A stretch of 64,000 nt of DNA from Trichormus sp. ATA11-4-KO1 (GTDB taxonomy: Bacteria; Cyanobacteriota; Cyanobacteriia; Cyanobacteriales; Nostocaceae). Positions within the stretch are counted from its first letter, which is position 1, and the number at the start of each line of letters is the position of its first letter. Position numbers and translations under genes: made by a program. The DNA is taken from NCBI GenBank assembly GCA_019358915.1, contig JAHHIM010000001.1, positions 32,001 to 96,000 on the forward strand. Reading direction: 5' to 3'. This document shows positions 51,393 through 60,102 of this stretch, piece by piece. The notes beneath the pieces were generated by a model. The model saw nothing but the letters and a program-made list of their open reading frames with translations. It did not search any database and was not told the DNA's origin.

Positions 51393-52049
51393 ATGAGTGA
51401 GAGTATGGCATTTATCGGCGGAGTCGCCGTAGCTGGGCTGGCGGCTCTCGTATTGCTGAGGGGGGCAGATACTCCCCTGCAAAGTAATTTCGCTATTCCT
51501 GCGCCGCAAATGCCGGCTAATGTAGCGCCTCAGATGATGCCGCCTCAAATGTATCCACCTTATGGTGTGAATCCGTATTATCCTAATCCTAATCAACCAC
51601 CTGCTCAGAGCAATCCAGAGCAGCGTGTGGAAATGGAACGACTGAATATGCAGTTGGAGCGTTTAAAAAGTGACAATGAACAGCTAAGAGCGCAAAACCA
51701 ACAACTCCAGTTCCAGTTCCAAAATTGGAATAACCAGCAGATGCAATTTGCCCAGCAAAATAGCCAAAAAGTTGCAGCCGAAGTATTTAAACCACAAGAA
51801 CCTTGGTGGTCTTCACCCATGGTTTGGGCAGTAGGAGGTGCAACTCTTACTATTGGTGGTGGTGTTGTCGTCGCTGGGGTATTAGCCTTATTTTCACCAA
51901 GGCAGCGTCCCGCCCGCACCGTACAAGTTATTCATCCTTACCACGGGTCCACACCGCCCTTGGCTCCTGTGCGTCGCGCTGAATTTTTGCCTTCTTCTCG
52001 AGTAGAAGCAAGACGAGTTGAAGCCCCAGAATACGACGAAATGCATTGA
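51393..52049 (+). CDS. patN: Heterocyst-patterning membrane protein PatN-like
   Basis: N-terminal hydrophobic segment, Pro/Gln-rich region, coiled coil, TM; recalled synteny downstream of trpA in Nostocales. Confidence 0.75.
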   Translation: MSESMAFIGGVAVAGLAALVLLRGADTPLQSNFAIPAPQMPANVAPQMMPPQMYPPYGVNPYYPNPNQPPAQSNPEQRVEMERLNMQLERLKSDNEQLRAQNQQLQFQFQNWNNQQMQFAQQNSQKVAAEVFKPQEPWWSSPMVWAVGGATLTIGGGVVVAGVLALFSPRQRPARTVQVIHPYHGSTPPLAPVRRAEFLPSSRVEARRVEAPEYDEMH

Positions 52050-52081
52050 GAGTGCTGAGTGCTGAGTGCTGAGTGCTGAGT
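52049..52081 (+). repeat. Heptamer tandem repeat (GAGTGCT STRR)
   Basis: gagtgct x4; the same unit occurs near 46155-46170 and in the intron P6b. Confidence 0.8.
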
Positions 52082-52185
52082 AAAAAGCTCAGTACCCAGT
52101 TCTTTCGTATTTATTTATGTTCATATAGTTTGGTTTTTCTTTTTCGGATACATTCACTACTAAATCAGGTACTATAAACAACTTG

Positions 52186-54057
52186 TCATCTGTGTTCCTT
52201 AGTAGATGGTTTTTCAGAATTGGGAGTTGTCTGTGACGACTGGTTTGGCTCAACTGGATTTTCTAAATTAGGGAATGCTTGTTTTGCCAAATTTTCGGCT
52301 GCTTTTTGCAATAATGGTCGGATCTTGCTGCGCCAGTATTGGGTATTGGGCAGCTTTTCGGGATTGTTTCTATAATCTAAAACTTTATCCCATTGACCAT
52401 TATCTATTGCTTCATTAATGTCATTAAATAAAGCCTCTGCCTTAGCCCAATCTTGCTGCCATTGATTAATGATGGCGCCTGTCTCTCGAATACCAGAAGA
52501 AGCATTAGCAGGAATAGACCGTAGTAAAGCGATCGCTCCTGGCAAATCTCCTGATTCATACTTTTGTCTGGCTTTTTCTACAACCTTTTCACTATTATCG
52601 GGCTGCGATCGCTCCAATCTATCTACTGGTTCTGGTGATGGAGTTGCTGCATTACTAGGTTTAGGTTGAGGCTGAGGAATCGGTCGAGATACAATCAAAC
52701 TACTATCATCTACTGTGTTAATAGCAATACCTTTGTCACGTAGGCAAGAAATCCACTGTTGATTATTGGTGATGACATCCGAGTGCGCCCAAGCCAAACG
52801 ACCAGACTTCAATTTAAGTTCTACCCAACCGCGTTTTGTGCGCTTACCAGTAACTTTAAAGTCAGTATTATTACCAATTGCCTGTAAAATATTATCAGAA
52901 TTAATAGAGCTAGGCTCAGAACGAATATTAGAATTACCTGCAACCACAGCTACGCAGTTGTCTGTGGCAGTATTATTACCCGTAAAACCAGCAGCGAAAT
53001 TTCTGATACTGGGATACACATTACTCGCCAAAGTAGCAGACCCACCCACCAAAAATAAACCAATTAATAACGGCCAAGGGTCAAATTTGCTAGATTCCTG
53101 ACGTGCTGGTTGAGCCGCAGGGTTGGCTGGTGCAACTGCAACGGTTTTTTGCCGGGATACTTGGGAGAAAGATTGAGTTGGTTGGTAACGTTGGTTGTAC
53201 GGGGGTTCTGGAGGTGTGGCAGATGTAAACACCGGATTCATCACGCTCCGACAAGCTTGCAGTGCTTCCCTTGCACTTGGGTAGCGGTCTTTAAAGTGAT
53301 AATGCACCATCTTGGTTAACACAGCTGCTAACCGATAGTTCACCGATGCTAAATGCTGCCAGAGGATTTCTCCTGTATGAGGGTCTTCTTGTAATTCAAC
53401 CGCCGATACTCCTGTCAGTGCTTGAATGGCAATGATACCAAGAGAATAAATGTCACTATTGGGTTTAGGTTTACCTTGCCCTTGTTCCGTAGGCATATAG
53501 CCAGGAGTCCCAATGGCTACTGTGGCAGTAGGTTGTCCACCAACCGTCACCATTGGTGTCCGCAACTGCTTTACTGCCCCAAAGTCTACTAAAACTAACT
53601 TATGGTCAGAGGCACGACGGATGATGTTATCTGGCTTAATATCACGGTGAATCACACCTTGACTGTGAACAAACTCTAGGATTTCTAAAATTTCTTGCAA
53701 CATTTGAATGACTTGGCTTTCACTCCAACGTTGACCGGGTATGAGTTCCTCAGCTAAGGTTTGTCCGGCAATAAATTCTTGTACTAAATAAAATTCTTGG
53801 TTTTCATCAAAGTAAGCCAGCAGCCTGGGTATTTGGTCATGATTGCCTAAATTTTCTAAGGTTTCGGCTTCGCTGTTGAACAAACGCTTGGCAGTCTCAA
53901 AAACTCTGGGGTCGGAACTTGTGGGTTTGAGGTGCTTGACAACACAAATAGGGTTGCCTGGCCGCCTGGTATCTTGGGCAATATAAGTTTGACCAAATCC
54001 TCCCTGAGCCAGGACTTTAATCACTTGGTAACGATGGTCTAGCAACTTGCCTATCAT
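52186..54057 (-). CDS. Membrane Ser/Thr protein kinase with SH3b-like extracytoplasmic region (PknC-like)
   Basis: AQGGFG, HRDIKPDN, DFG, GTPGY; TM; NIRSEP...GWVEL. Confidence 0.92.
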   Translation of the reverse strand: MIGKLLDHRYQVIKVLAQGGFGQTYIAQDTRRPGNPICVVKHLKPTSSDPRVFETAKRLFNSEAETLENLGNHDQIPRLLAYFDENQEFYLVQEFIAGQTLAEELIPGQRWSESQVIQMLQEILEILEFVHSQGVIHRDIKPDNIIRRASDHKLVLVDFGAVKQLRTPMVTVGGQPTATVAIGTPGYMPTEQGQGKPKPNSDIYSLGIIAIQALTGVSAVELQEDPHTGEILWQHLASVNYRLAAVLTKMVHYHFKDRYPSAREALQACRSVMNPVFTSATPPEPPYNQRYQPTQSFSQVSRQKTVAVAPANPAAQPARQESSKFDPWPLLIGLFLVGGSATLASNVYPSIRNFAAGFTGNNTATDNCVAVVAGNSNIRSEPSSINSDNILQAIGNNTDFKVTGKRTKRGWVELKLKSGRLAWAHSDVITNNQQWISCLRDKGIAINTVDDSSLIVSRPIPQPQPKPSNAATPSPEPVDRLERSQPDNSEKVVEKARQKYESGDLPGAIALLRSIPANASSGIRETGAIINQWQQDWAKAEALFNDINEAIDNGQWDKVLDYRNNPEKLPNTQYWRSKIRPLLQKAAENLAKQAFPNLENPVEPNQSSQTTPNSEKPSTKEHR

Positions 54058-54221
54058 ATTTTCCCCTCAGAGTTATTACTTAATTTTGCTGATGGTAATA
54101 AATATCTCCAAATTTTCTTGAATGAAATCCGCTATCTTGAGATAAAGATTTAAACTAAAAAATTAGTTTTTTAATAAACGCAGACTGTTTATTTGTCTTT
54201 TAGTGCCCCTGTTTAATACCA

Positions 54222-54710
54222 ATGCCACCGAGAATAACCAACCCAGTCACATGGCAGCAGGCTGAACTCCTCATGCAACCTGCTTTCATTCGTGTTGTGG
54301 ATAATATCCGTAAACATCTTGATGCATCTACTTGGAAGGGAACTTACCATGATGTGCTGATTTGGCCAGCTAGCACCACTGATGAAATTAAAGCTTTGGT
54401 AACTCAGCTGTTGCAAGAAATGGAAACCGCAACATCAGAACAGGCAGATGCCATCAGAGATACTCTTGCTGATCTGCCAACGCCCCATCCAGGATATCAT
54501 CTGCGTTTGCAACGTCAACAGCAACACGTAAGTATAGATTTGTGGGAACTATGTTATCAAGTGTGTTTTCTAGATTACACACCGGAAAATGAAGCAGCTA
54601 ACATTGATACTAGTTTAATTGATGAAGTGGGTGAAGTAGATTGGCAGCGTTTGGAAGATAAGACTAAAAATTTAGTTAGACAGGCGTTTGCAAATTTGCC
54701 AAATGATTAA
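54222..54710 (+). CDS. Conserved cyanobacterial hypothetical protein
   Basis: WQQAELLMQPAFIRVVDNIRK, DLWELCYQVCF. Confidence 0.8.
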   Translation: MPPRITNPVTWQQAELLMQPAFIRVVDNIRKHLDASTWKGTYHDVLIWPASTTDEIKALVTQLLQEMETATSEQADAIRDTLADLPTPHPGYHLRLQRQQQHVSIDLWELCYQVCFLDYTPENEAANIDTSLIDEVGEVDWQRLEDKTKNLVRQAFANLPND

Positions 54711-54829
54711 TAAGCTTAAGTTAAAATTTATACAAGGACACTTTCAAAAGTATATTCTGAGGTCTGGGAGGCTAGAAAAGTATTAAAGGATGTTTTAAAG
54801 GTTGCAGCAAGGAATTCAGCACTAAATTT

Positions 54830-55054
54830 ATGGCAGATGTCACAGATGCATCAAAAGTAATAGCTCCAGTAAATTTACAGTCACAAGCAGACGCAGAACT
54901 TGATCGCCATCTGCGAGAACTTAAGTTTAGACAGGAACTTAGAAAAGATTGGATTTTATTTATTGTCAGGGATGTAGTAATTTTTTCGGCGGCGATCGCT
55001 TTTATTTTTGTTATCTGTGGCTATTCTTTATTCACCTTGATTAGCAGGCATTGA
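54830..55054 (+). CDS. Small hypothetical membrane protein
   Basis: 74-aa ATG ORF with one C-terminal TM. Confidence 0.55.
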   Translation: MADVTDASKVIAPVNLQSQADAELDRHLRELKFRQELRKDWILFIVRDVVIFSAAIAFIFVICGYSLFTLISRH

Positions 55055-55174
55055 TTTTCTGCTAAGGAATGAAAATTCCATTGTGACTTTTTGATGACTT
55101 GTGCCGATTTCCAGAAGAAAAGCCCTCATGAAATGTCTGAGGGCCTGAATGAAATCTATGTCATATGTCACCTA

Positions 55175-55363
55175 TCAAGTGCGGAAACGTCTCTTACCTT
55201 GCCTGTGCTTGGCAATTTCTTTACGCTTGCGTTTTTCAATCGGCGTTTCAAAGTGACGATGCTTCCTCATATCTGGAAAAATCCCAGCCTTGGAAACTTC
55301 TCGTTTAAATCGGCGTAAGGCTGACTCAATGTGTTCATTGTCACCCACTATTATTTGGGTCAT
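55175..55363 (-). CDS. rpsU: 30S ribosomal protein S21
   Basis: ESALRRFKR...[20 protein letters not shown]. Confidence 0.96.
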   Translation of the reverse strand: MTQIIVGDNEHIESALRRFKREVSKAGIFPDMRKHRHFETPIEKRKRKEIAKHRQGKRRFRT

Positions 55364-55497
55364 TATCTCTCCTGCTAATTTGACTTACTTAATAGCTCAT
55401 AAAAGAATGGTAAACTGCCCAGCTGACTCAAGTGCAAAAAAAGACAGACTCTTTTTCTGACCTGAAACTTCGCTGGTAAAATTTCAGGTTTCAAAGC

Positions 55498-55800
55498 CTA
55501 GTAGCGGTTACGTCCACCGCCACCGTATCCTCCCCGGTTACCAGAAGAACCTCTGTCTTCCCTGGGCTTGGCTTTGTTAACTTTGAGGTCACGACCCATC
55601 CATTCAGCACCATCGAGGGCTTCAATCGCAGCTGCTTCTTCAGCTTCGCTGCCCATTTCTACAAATCCGAAACCACGTAGTTGTCCTGTTTCACGATCAG
55701 TAGGTAGTTGAACACGCCTGACAGTGCCGTATTCTGCAAAAACAGCGCTTAAGGTGTCTTGGGTAACTTCATAAGAGAGGTTGCCTACATAAATTGACAT
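55498..55800 (-). CDS. rbpA: RRM RNA-binding protein (RbpA-type, upstream of rpsU)
   Basis: IYVGNL, RGFGFVEM, Gly-rich tail; rbpA-rpsU arrangement. Confidence 0.93.
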   Translation of the reverse strand: MSIYVGNLSYEVTQDTLSAVFAEYGTVRRVQLPTDRETGQLRGFGFVEMGSEAEEAAAIEALDGAEWMGRDLKVNKAKPREDRGSSGNRGGYGGGGRNRY

Positions 55801-55935
55801 TGATTATCTCCAAAATTATCACTGTATAGAGATGTAAATTTCGGAGAAAACTCTGTCAATACCAAAAGGGACAAGCCTGTCAATACTAAAAACAAAAATA
55901 CTCACCGAATTAACTCTCGTTTTCTAGGATGACAT
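55801..55935 (-). promoter_or_regulatory. Conserved rbp 5' leader (cold-regulation boxes)
   Basis: TTCGGTGA, TTTGTTTTTAGT, TCTCCGAA and TTTTGGAGA on the minus strand; matches 4954-5090. Confidence 0.7.
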
Positions 55936-56196
55936 ATAAGCCAATTCTCCGCATCCAGTAGATGGTTAATTAACCAGTAATTATATGGGTGCGATCGCTG
56001 CAATTTCAACTGCCCGAGAAAATTTTAAGTGGTCAGCCTGTTTCCGTAAACCAACTACAACAAATCAACAGCAGTGATATTATCCTGGCCTTCCGACCAG
56101 TTCGCCGCCGTTCTGATGGTGTTACACTGTGCTTTGGCGAGTTTTGAATCAGTTCACCGCAAATTGAAGCGTATTGACTTCTCTCCACCCCATAGA

Positions 56197-56463
56197 GCTA
56201 CCGTGTACACACAAGTCTTAAAATCCTACCTAAACCTTGGTTTCGTGCCCTAGCCCTCAAATTAGCGGCATAATATAGAATTAGGACTTACGCACAAGTT
56301 ACGGAAGAATCGTATCGCAGAGGCACAGAGAACACGGAGGAATGAGAGTTAAAGAAGTATTTTGCGTAAGTCCTAAGAGTATCCCACTGACCAAAAATTG
56401 GGTATTTATGGTGGCTAAAAGAGTCGAAACCCTTACAGCCTATATTTGTGTGTACACCGTAGC
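56197..56463. mobile_element. MITE with 18-bp TIRs and 8-bp TSD
   Basis: GCTACCGTGTACACACAA / TTGTGTGTACACCGTAGC (1 mismatch), flanked by CCCATAGA at 56189-56196 and 56464-56471. Confidence 0.9.
56281..56376. mobile_element. Inner MITE with TTAGGACTTACGCA TIRs
   Basis: TTAGGACTTACGCA ... TGCGTAAGTCCTAA perfect 14-bp inverted ends. Confidence 0.85.
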
Positions 56464-56682
56464 CCCATAGAGGGACGGGGATTCCAAAACGTCAGTTGCT
56501 CAGCAAACAGCACAGCAAAATGCTGTTTGCGTAGTTTCTCGCAGGAAGATGGAGAATTTTGGGCGTGACCAGTTAAACTTTAATCAAGTTCTGATAATGG
56601 TTTGATAAAAACTTGGCAAACTCTTCAATTGAGAAAATGAGTTAGTGGTAAAATCTACTGAAGAGTTTATAAATATAAAGTA

Positions 56683-57630
56683 ATGATCGATCTTAGTATC
56701 GCTATATGTACTTACAATGGTGAAAATCGATTACCCCAAGTTTTAAATAAACTTAAAGAACAAATTCATCCAGAAAGCCTGAGATGGGAAGTTGTTGTTA
56801 TCGACAACAATAGTAAAGATAACACAGCGCAAATTGTACAAGAATTTCAGTCCAACTGGCCTTCATCCTCTTTTCTTAAGTATTTTTTTGAGCCAACGCA
56901 AGGATTAGCTTATGCCAGACAAAGTGCTATAGAGCAATCTAGAGGTAAATTTATTGGATTTCTAGATGATGATAATCTACCGGCTGCAAATTGGGTAGCA
57001 TCTGCTTATGCTTTTGGTTGCACACATCCTCAAGCAGGGGCATATAATGGTCGGATTCACCCTAATTTTGAAACAAATCCTCCCCAAAATTTTAAAAAAT
57101 TAGCAATATTTCTGGCAATTATTGATCGGGGGGCAAAAGCACATATTTATGAACGCCGTAAACGTGTACTTCCACCAGCCGCAGGATTAGTAGTTCGTAG
57201 AGAAGCATGGTTAGATAATGTACCTAATAAACTATTTTTAGTAGGCAGAATTAAAAACTCCATGCTGGCAAGTGAAGATATAGAAGCACTCATATATATT
57301 CAAAATGCTGGTTGGGATATTTGGTATAACCCTGATATGCTTATTTATCACCAAATACCAAGTTGGCGATTAGAAGAAAATTACTTAGTTTCCTTAGTCC
57401 GTGGTATTGGGTTAGCTAAGCATCATGTCCGCATGATTCGTCTGAAAGTATGGCAAAGACCTTTGTATGTCATCATGTATTTGCTCAATGATATACGACG
57501 GTTAATCATTCATTTATGGAAGTATAAAGGTAATATCAAAAATAATTTAATTGCTACTTGTGAATTAGAGTTACTCTCCAGTACTTTACTCAGCCCATTT
57601 TATTTATTCTGGCTACGTAAAAGCCAATAA
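56683..57630 (+). CDS. GT2 glycosyltransferase (HpsE-like)
   Basis: AICTYNG, IDNNSKD, GLAYAR, FLDDDN, EDIE. Confidence 0.9.
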   Translation: MIDLSIAICTYNGENRLPQVLNKLKEQIHPESLRWEVVVIDNNSKDNTAQIVQEFQSNWPSSSFLKYFFEPTQGLAYARQSAIEQSRGKFIGFLDDDNLPAANWVASAYAFGCTHPQAGAYNGRIHPNFETNPPQNFKKLAIFLAIIDRGAKAHIYERRKRVLPPAAGLVVRREAWLDNVPNKLFLVGRIKNSMLASEDIEALIYIQNAGWDIWYNPDMLIYHQIPSWRLEENYLVSLVRGIGLAKHHVRMIRLKVWQRPLYVIMYLLNDIRRLIIHLWKYKGNIKNNLIATCELELLSSTLLSPFYLFWLRKSQ

Positions 57631-57738
57631 AATTTTGATATTAAAGTAATTTTTTATTTGCGTTTTTGCACAATCAATCTGCTGATAACGACCAATATCG
57701 TTATAATTTGAACCACAAAAATTGGATATGTTAATAAA

Positions 57739-58830
57739 ATGACTATTTCTAGCCCAGAAAAAATTACAGAATATTTGCACCAAGCTTTAGGACAAATAGA
57801 CAGTTTTAAGTCATGTGCATTACTAGACTATCCAGACCATCCTAATATAGGCGATCACTTAATTTGGCTTGGTGGTGTAATTTATCTGACTAACGTCATG
57901 AAAACCCAGATTAAATACGCTGCTAGTATACATGATTTTTCTCCCAAGACTTTAGAAGAACAAATTGGTAAGTCTCCTATAGTTTTTCATGGGGGTGGCA
58001 GTTTAGGAGATTTATGGACTGAACACCAAAAATTTCGAGAAGAAATTATTGTAAAATATCGCGATCGCCCGATCATTATTTTACCTCAAAGTGTGTATTT
58101 TAAGAAGGATGCTAATTTAAAAACAGCAGCCCAAATATTTAATTCCCATCCAAACTTAACTATATTTATTCGAGATAATCGCAGTTACAAAATAGCCAGC
58201 GAAGCCTTTGATAAATGTACAATTATCAAGGCACCTGATATAGCTTTTCAAATGACGAATTTACCTAAAATTTCATACATTAAAAGTGTAAAATCATCAA
58301 TATTATACCACTGTAGAAAAGATAAAGAAATTAATCAGCAACAATTGAATAACAACACTTTTGAACTGCCTAATTTAGTTGTGGAAGACTGGATTTCGTA
58401 TCAGTGGAAAATTGGACATCCCACAAAAAAGTTAACGCAGTCTGTTGCTACCGTATATAGAGAAGTGTGGCAAAGGGGTTTAGCAACTCCCACAGAGTGG
58501 ATTTCTCGACAGAAATGGCAAAATTCGCATCCTGATAGCGTTAGTTTTAGTAAGCTATATCGACCATCTATGCATCAACGCTCTTTGAATTTTATGCACA
58601 GTGGTATTTACCAAATACAGCAGCATAGGCTAGTAATTACAAACCGCTTACATGGACATATTCTTTGTCTTCTTTTAAAAAAACCTCACATTCTATTACC
58701 AAATAGTTACTACAAAAGTGAAGCTTTTTATGAAACTTGGACTAAAGACATCCCATTTAGCAAATTCGTTAAAGATACGTCTCAAGTAAAAAATGCAATT
58801 CAAGAAATATTAGTATCAATTCAACTATAA
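57739..58830 (+). CDS. Polysaccharide pyruvyl transferase family protein
   Basis: NIGD, HGGGSLGDLW, PQS, IRD, PDIAF, ITNRLHG. Confidence 0.9.
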   Translation: MTISSPEKITEYLHQALGQIDSFKSCALLDYPDHPNIGDHLIWLGGVIYLTNVMKTQIKYAASIHDFSPKTLEEQIGKSPIVFHGGGSLGDLWTEHQKFREEIIVKYRDRPIIILPQSVYFKKDANLKTAAQIFNSHPNLTIFIRDNRSYKIASEAFDKCTIIKAPDIAFQMTNLPKISYIKSVKSSILYHCRKDKEINQQQLNNNTFELPNLVVEDWISYQWKIGHPTKKLTQSVATVYREVWQRGLATPTEWISRQKWQNSHPDSVSFSKLYRPSMHQRSLNFMHSGIYQIQQHRLVITNRLHGHILCLLLKKPHILLPNSYYKSEAFYETWTKDIPFSKFVKDTSQVKNAIQEILVSIQL

Positions 58831-58845
58831 AAAACATATTGAGAC

Positions 58846-59979
58846 ATGAAGATTTTAATTCAACACCGTCATTATGACAATGAAATCTCTGGAGTTTTAA
58901 CTTATATTTATTCTATTATTCCCGAACTGATAAACAGAAATATAGAAGTCAAAACTATTTCTACAAAACAAGATAATATAACAAAAATTTTGAGTCATAT
59001 AGCCTGGTCTGATGTGGTACATATGAACTCAAATGATTTAACATTTGCAATACTGTGCAAGCTTTTTAGGAAAAAAATAATTATTAAATATCATTATACT
59101 TTTTATCAATCTATTCATACTAATTATGAAAAACTGCCATTTTCTCAAAGACTAAAAGTAGAGTTAAAAAGAACATTACCTAAACCTAACGCACCTTGGA
59201 AATGGAAATTATACACTGTTGTTAAATGGGCTAAACTAGCAACCCGCCTGTGTACAGCAATTTTAGTTGATTATCGTACAGCTTGTAGCAGTTTCTTAGG
59301 AGAATCTTGTGCATTCCCCTATCCAGTAGAAACTTTGTATAACCCTATTGAAGTCAAATATCAGCATCAGCAAAAAACCTTAAAGACTTTATTTAATCCA
59401 TATAAGTTTATTTTTGTAGGTAGATTAGATAAAGATAAGGGAGTTGATATTTTATTAAAAGCAGTACAAATTTTGCAAAATGAAAATCAAAAATTTCAAG
59501 TATTAATCATTGGTGAGGGAGGACAAACTAAACAATTGCAAAAGCTAGCATCTGATTTAGACATTCTCAATAGTGTTAGTTTTTTGGGTCAACTCCCCAA
59601 TCAAGAAGCACTGGCAAAAGTTCAAGATGCACTAGCCTTGGTTGCACCTTCTCGCTGGCAAGAACCAGCTGGTTATGTAGTGCTAGAAGCCTCTAGTGTT
59701 CAAACCTGCTCTATTGTTTCCAGGATGGGGGGATTACCAGAAGTAGCTGGGCAACACAACATATTTTTTGAAAATGAAGATGTAGAAGGATTAGCCAACT
59801 GTATGAGATACTGCTTGAATAATCCAGAAGCAGCAATTAAACGAGGCTACGAGTCCAGCCAATATGTTCAGAAAAACTTTTCTCCATCTCTGATTGCTAC
59901 TCAACTATTAAAAATTTGTCACGACATACTGCCCACAAGATTAACAACAACTACTGAGAATTCCATCTCAACTAATTAA
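58846..59979 (+). CDS. GT4 glycosyltransferase
   Basis: FVGRLDKDKG, PSRWQEPAGYVVLEA, GGLPEV. Confidence 0.92.
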   Translation: MKILIQHRHYDNEISGVLTYIYSIIPELINRNIEVKTISTKQDNITKILSHIAWSDVVHMNSNDLTFAILCKLFRKKIIIKYHYTFYQSIHTNYEKLPFSQRLKVELKRTLPKPNAPWKWKLYTVVKWAKLATRLCTAILVDYRTACSSFLGESCAFPYPVETLYNPIEVKYQHQQKTLKTLFNPYKFIFVGRLDKDKGVDILLKAVQILQNENQKFQVLIIGEGGQTKQLQKLASDLDILNSVSFLGQLPNQEALAKVQDALALVAPSRWQEPAGYVVLEASSVQTCSIVSRMGGLPEVAGQHNIFFENEDVEGLANCMRYCLNNPEAAIKRGYESSQYVQKNFSPSLIATQLLKICHDILPTRLTTTTENSISTN

Positions 59980-60102
59980 TTATCGACAGGTGGTTTACCG
60001 TAAACTTCCAGATGTCTTACTAACCTCGTTAACGTATGTGATCACAGTGCCAAATCGAGTTATTAACAGCTTTTTGTGAAACAGATTTTCTCCAATAGTC
60101 AC

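Larger units (their letters stand above)
56174..56548 (-). mobile_element. Non-autonomous IS200/IS605-derived palindromic element (about 100-nt core)
   Basis: Left hairpin GCAAACAGCA/TGCTGTTTGC (56503-56530); right end GAATCCCCGTCCCTCTATGGGGTGGAGAGAAGTCAA once the inner MITE is removed; ends in TCAA; no TSD. Confidence 0.65.
56028..56573 (-). ncRNA. ssaA: Probable 6S RNA (ssaA), split into 56573-56549 and 56173-56028 by nested insertions
   Basis: Core GATTCAAAACTC...CACCATCAGAACGG...CAGGATAATATCACTGCTGTT...GGAAACAGGC resembles cyanobacterial 6S RNA (from recall). 5' TGGTCACGCC pairs with 3' GGCTGACCA; about 170 nt after rejoining. Confidence 0.7.

Noticed and set aside
56087..56103. CTGGTC-GGAA-GGCCAG hairpin as SRP RNA
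   Set aside because: Lacks the SRP domain IV CAGG/GGAAGCAG internal loops; fits better as part of the 6S-like RNA.
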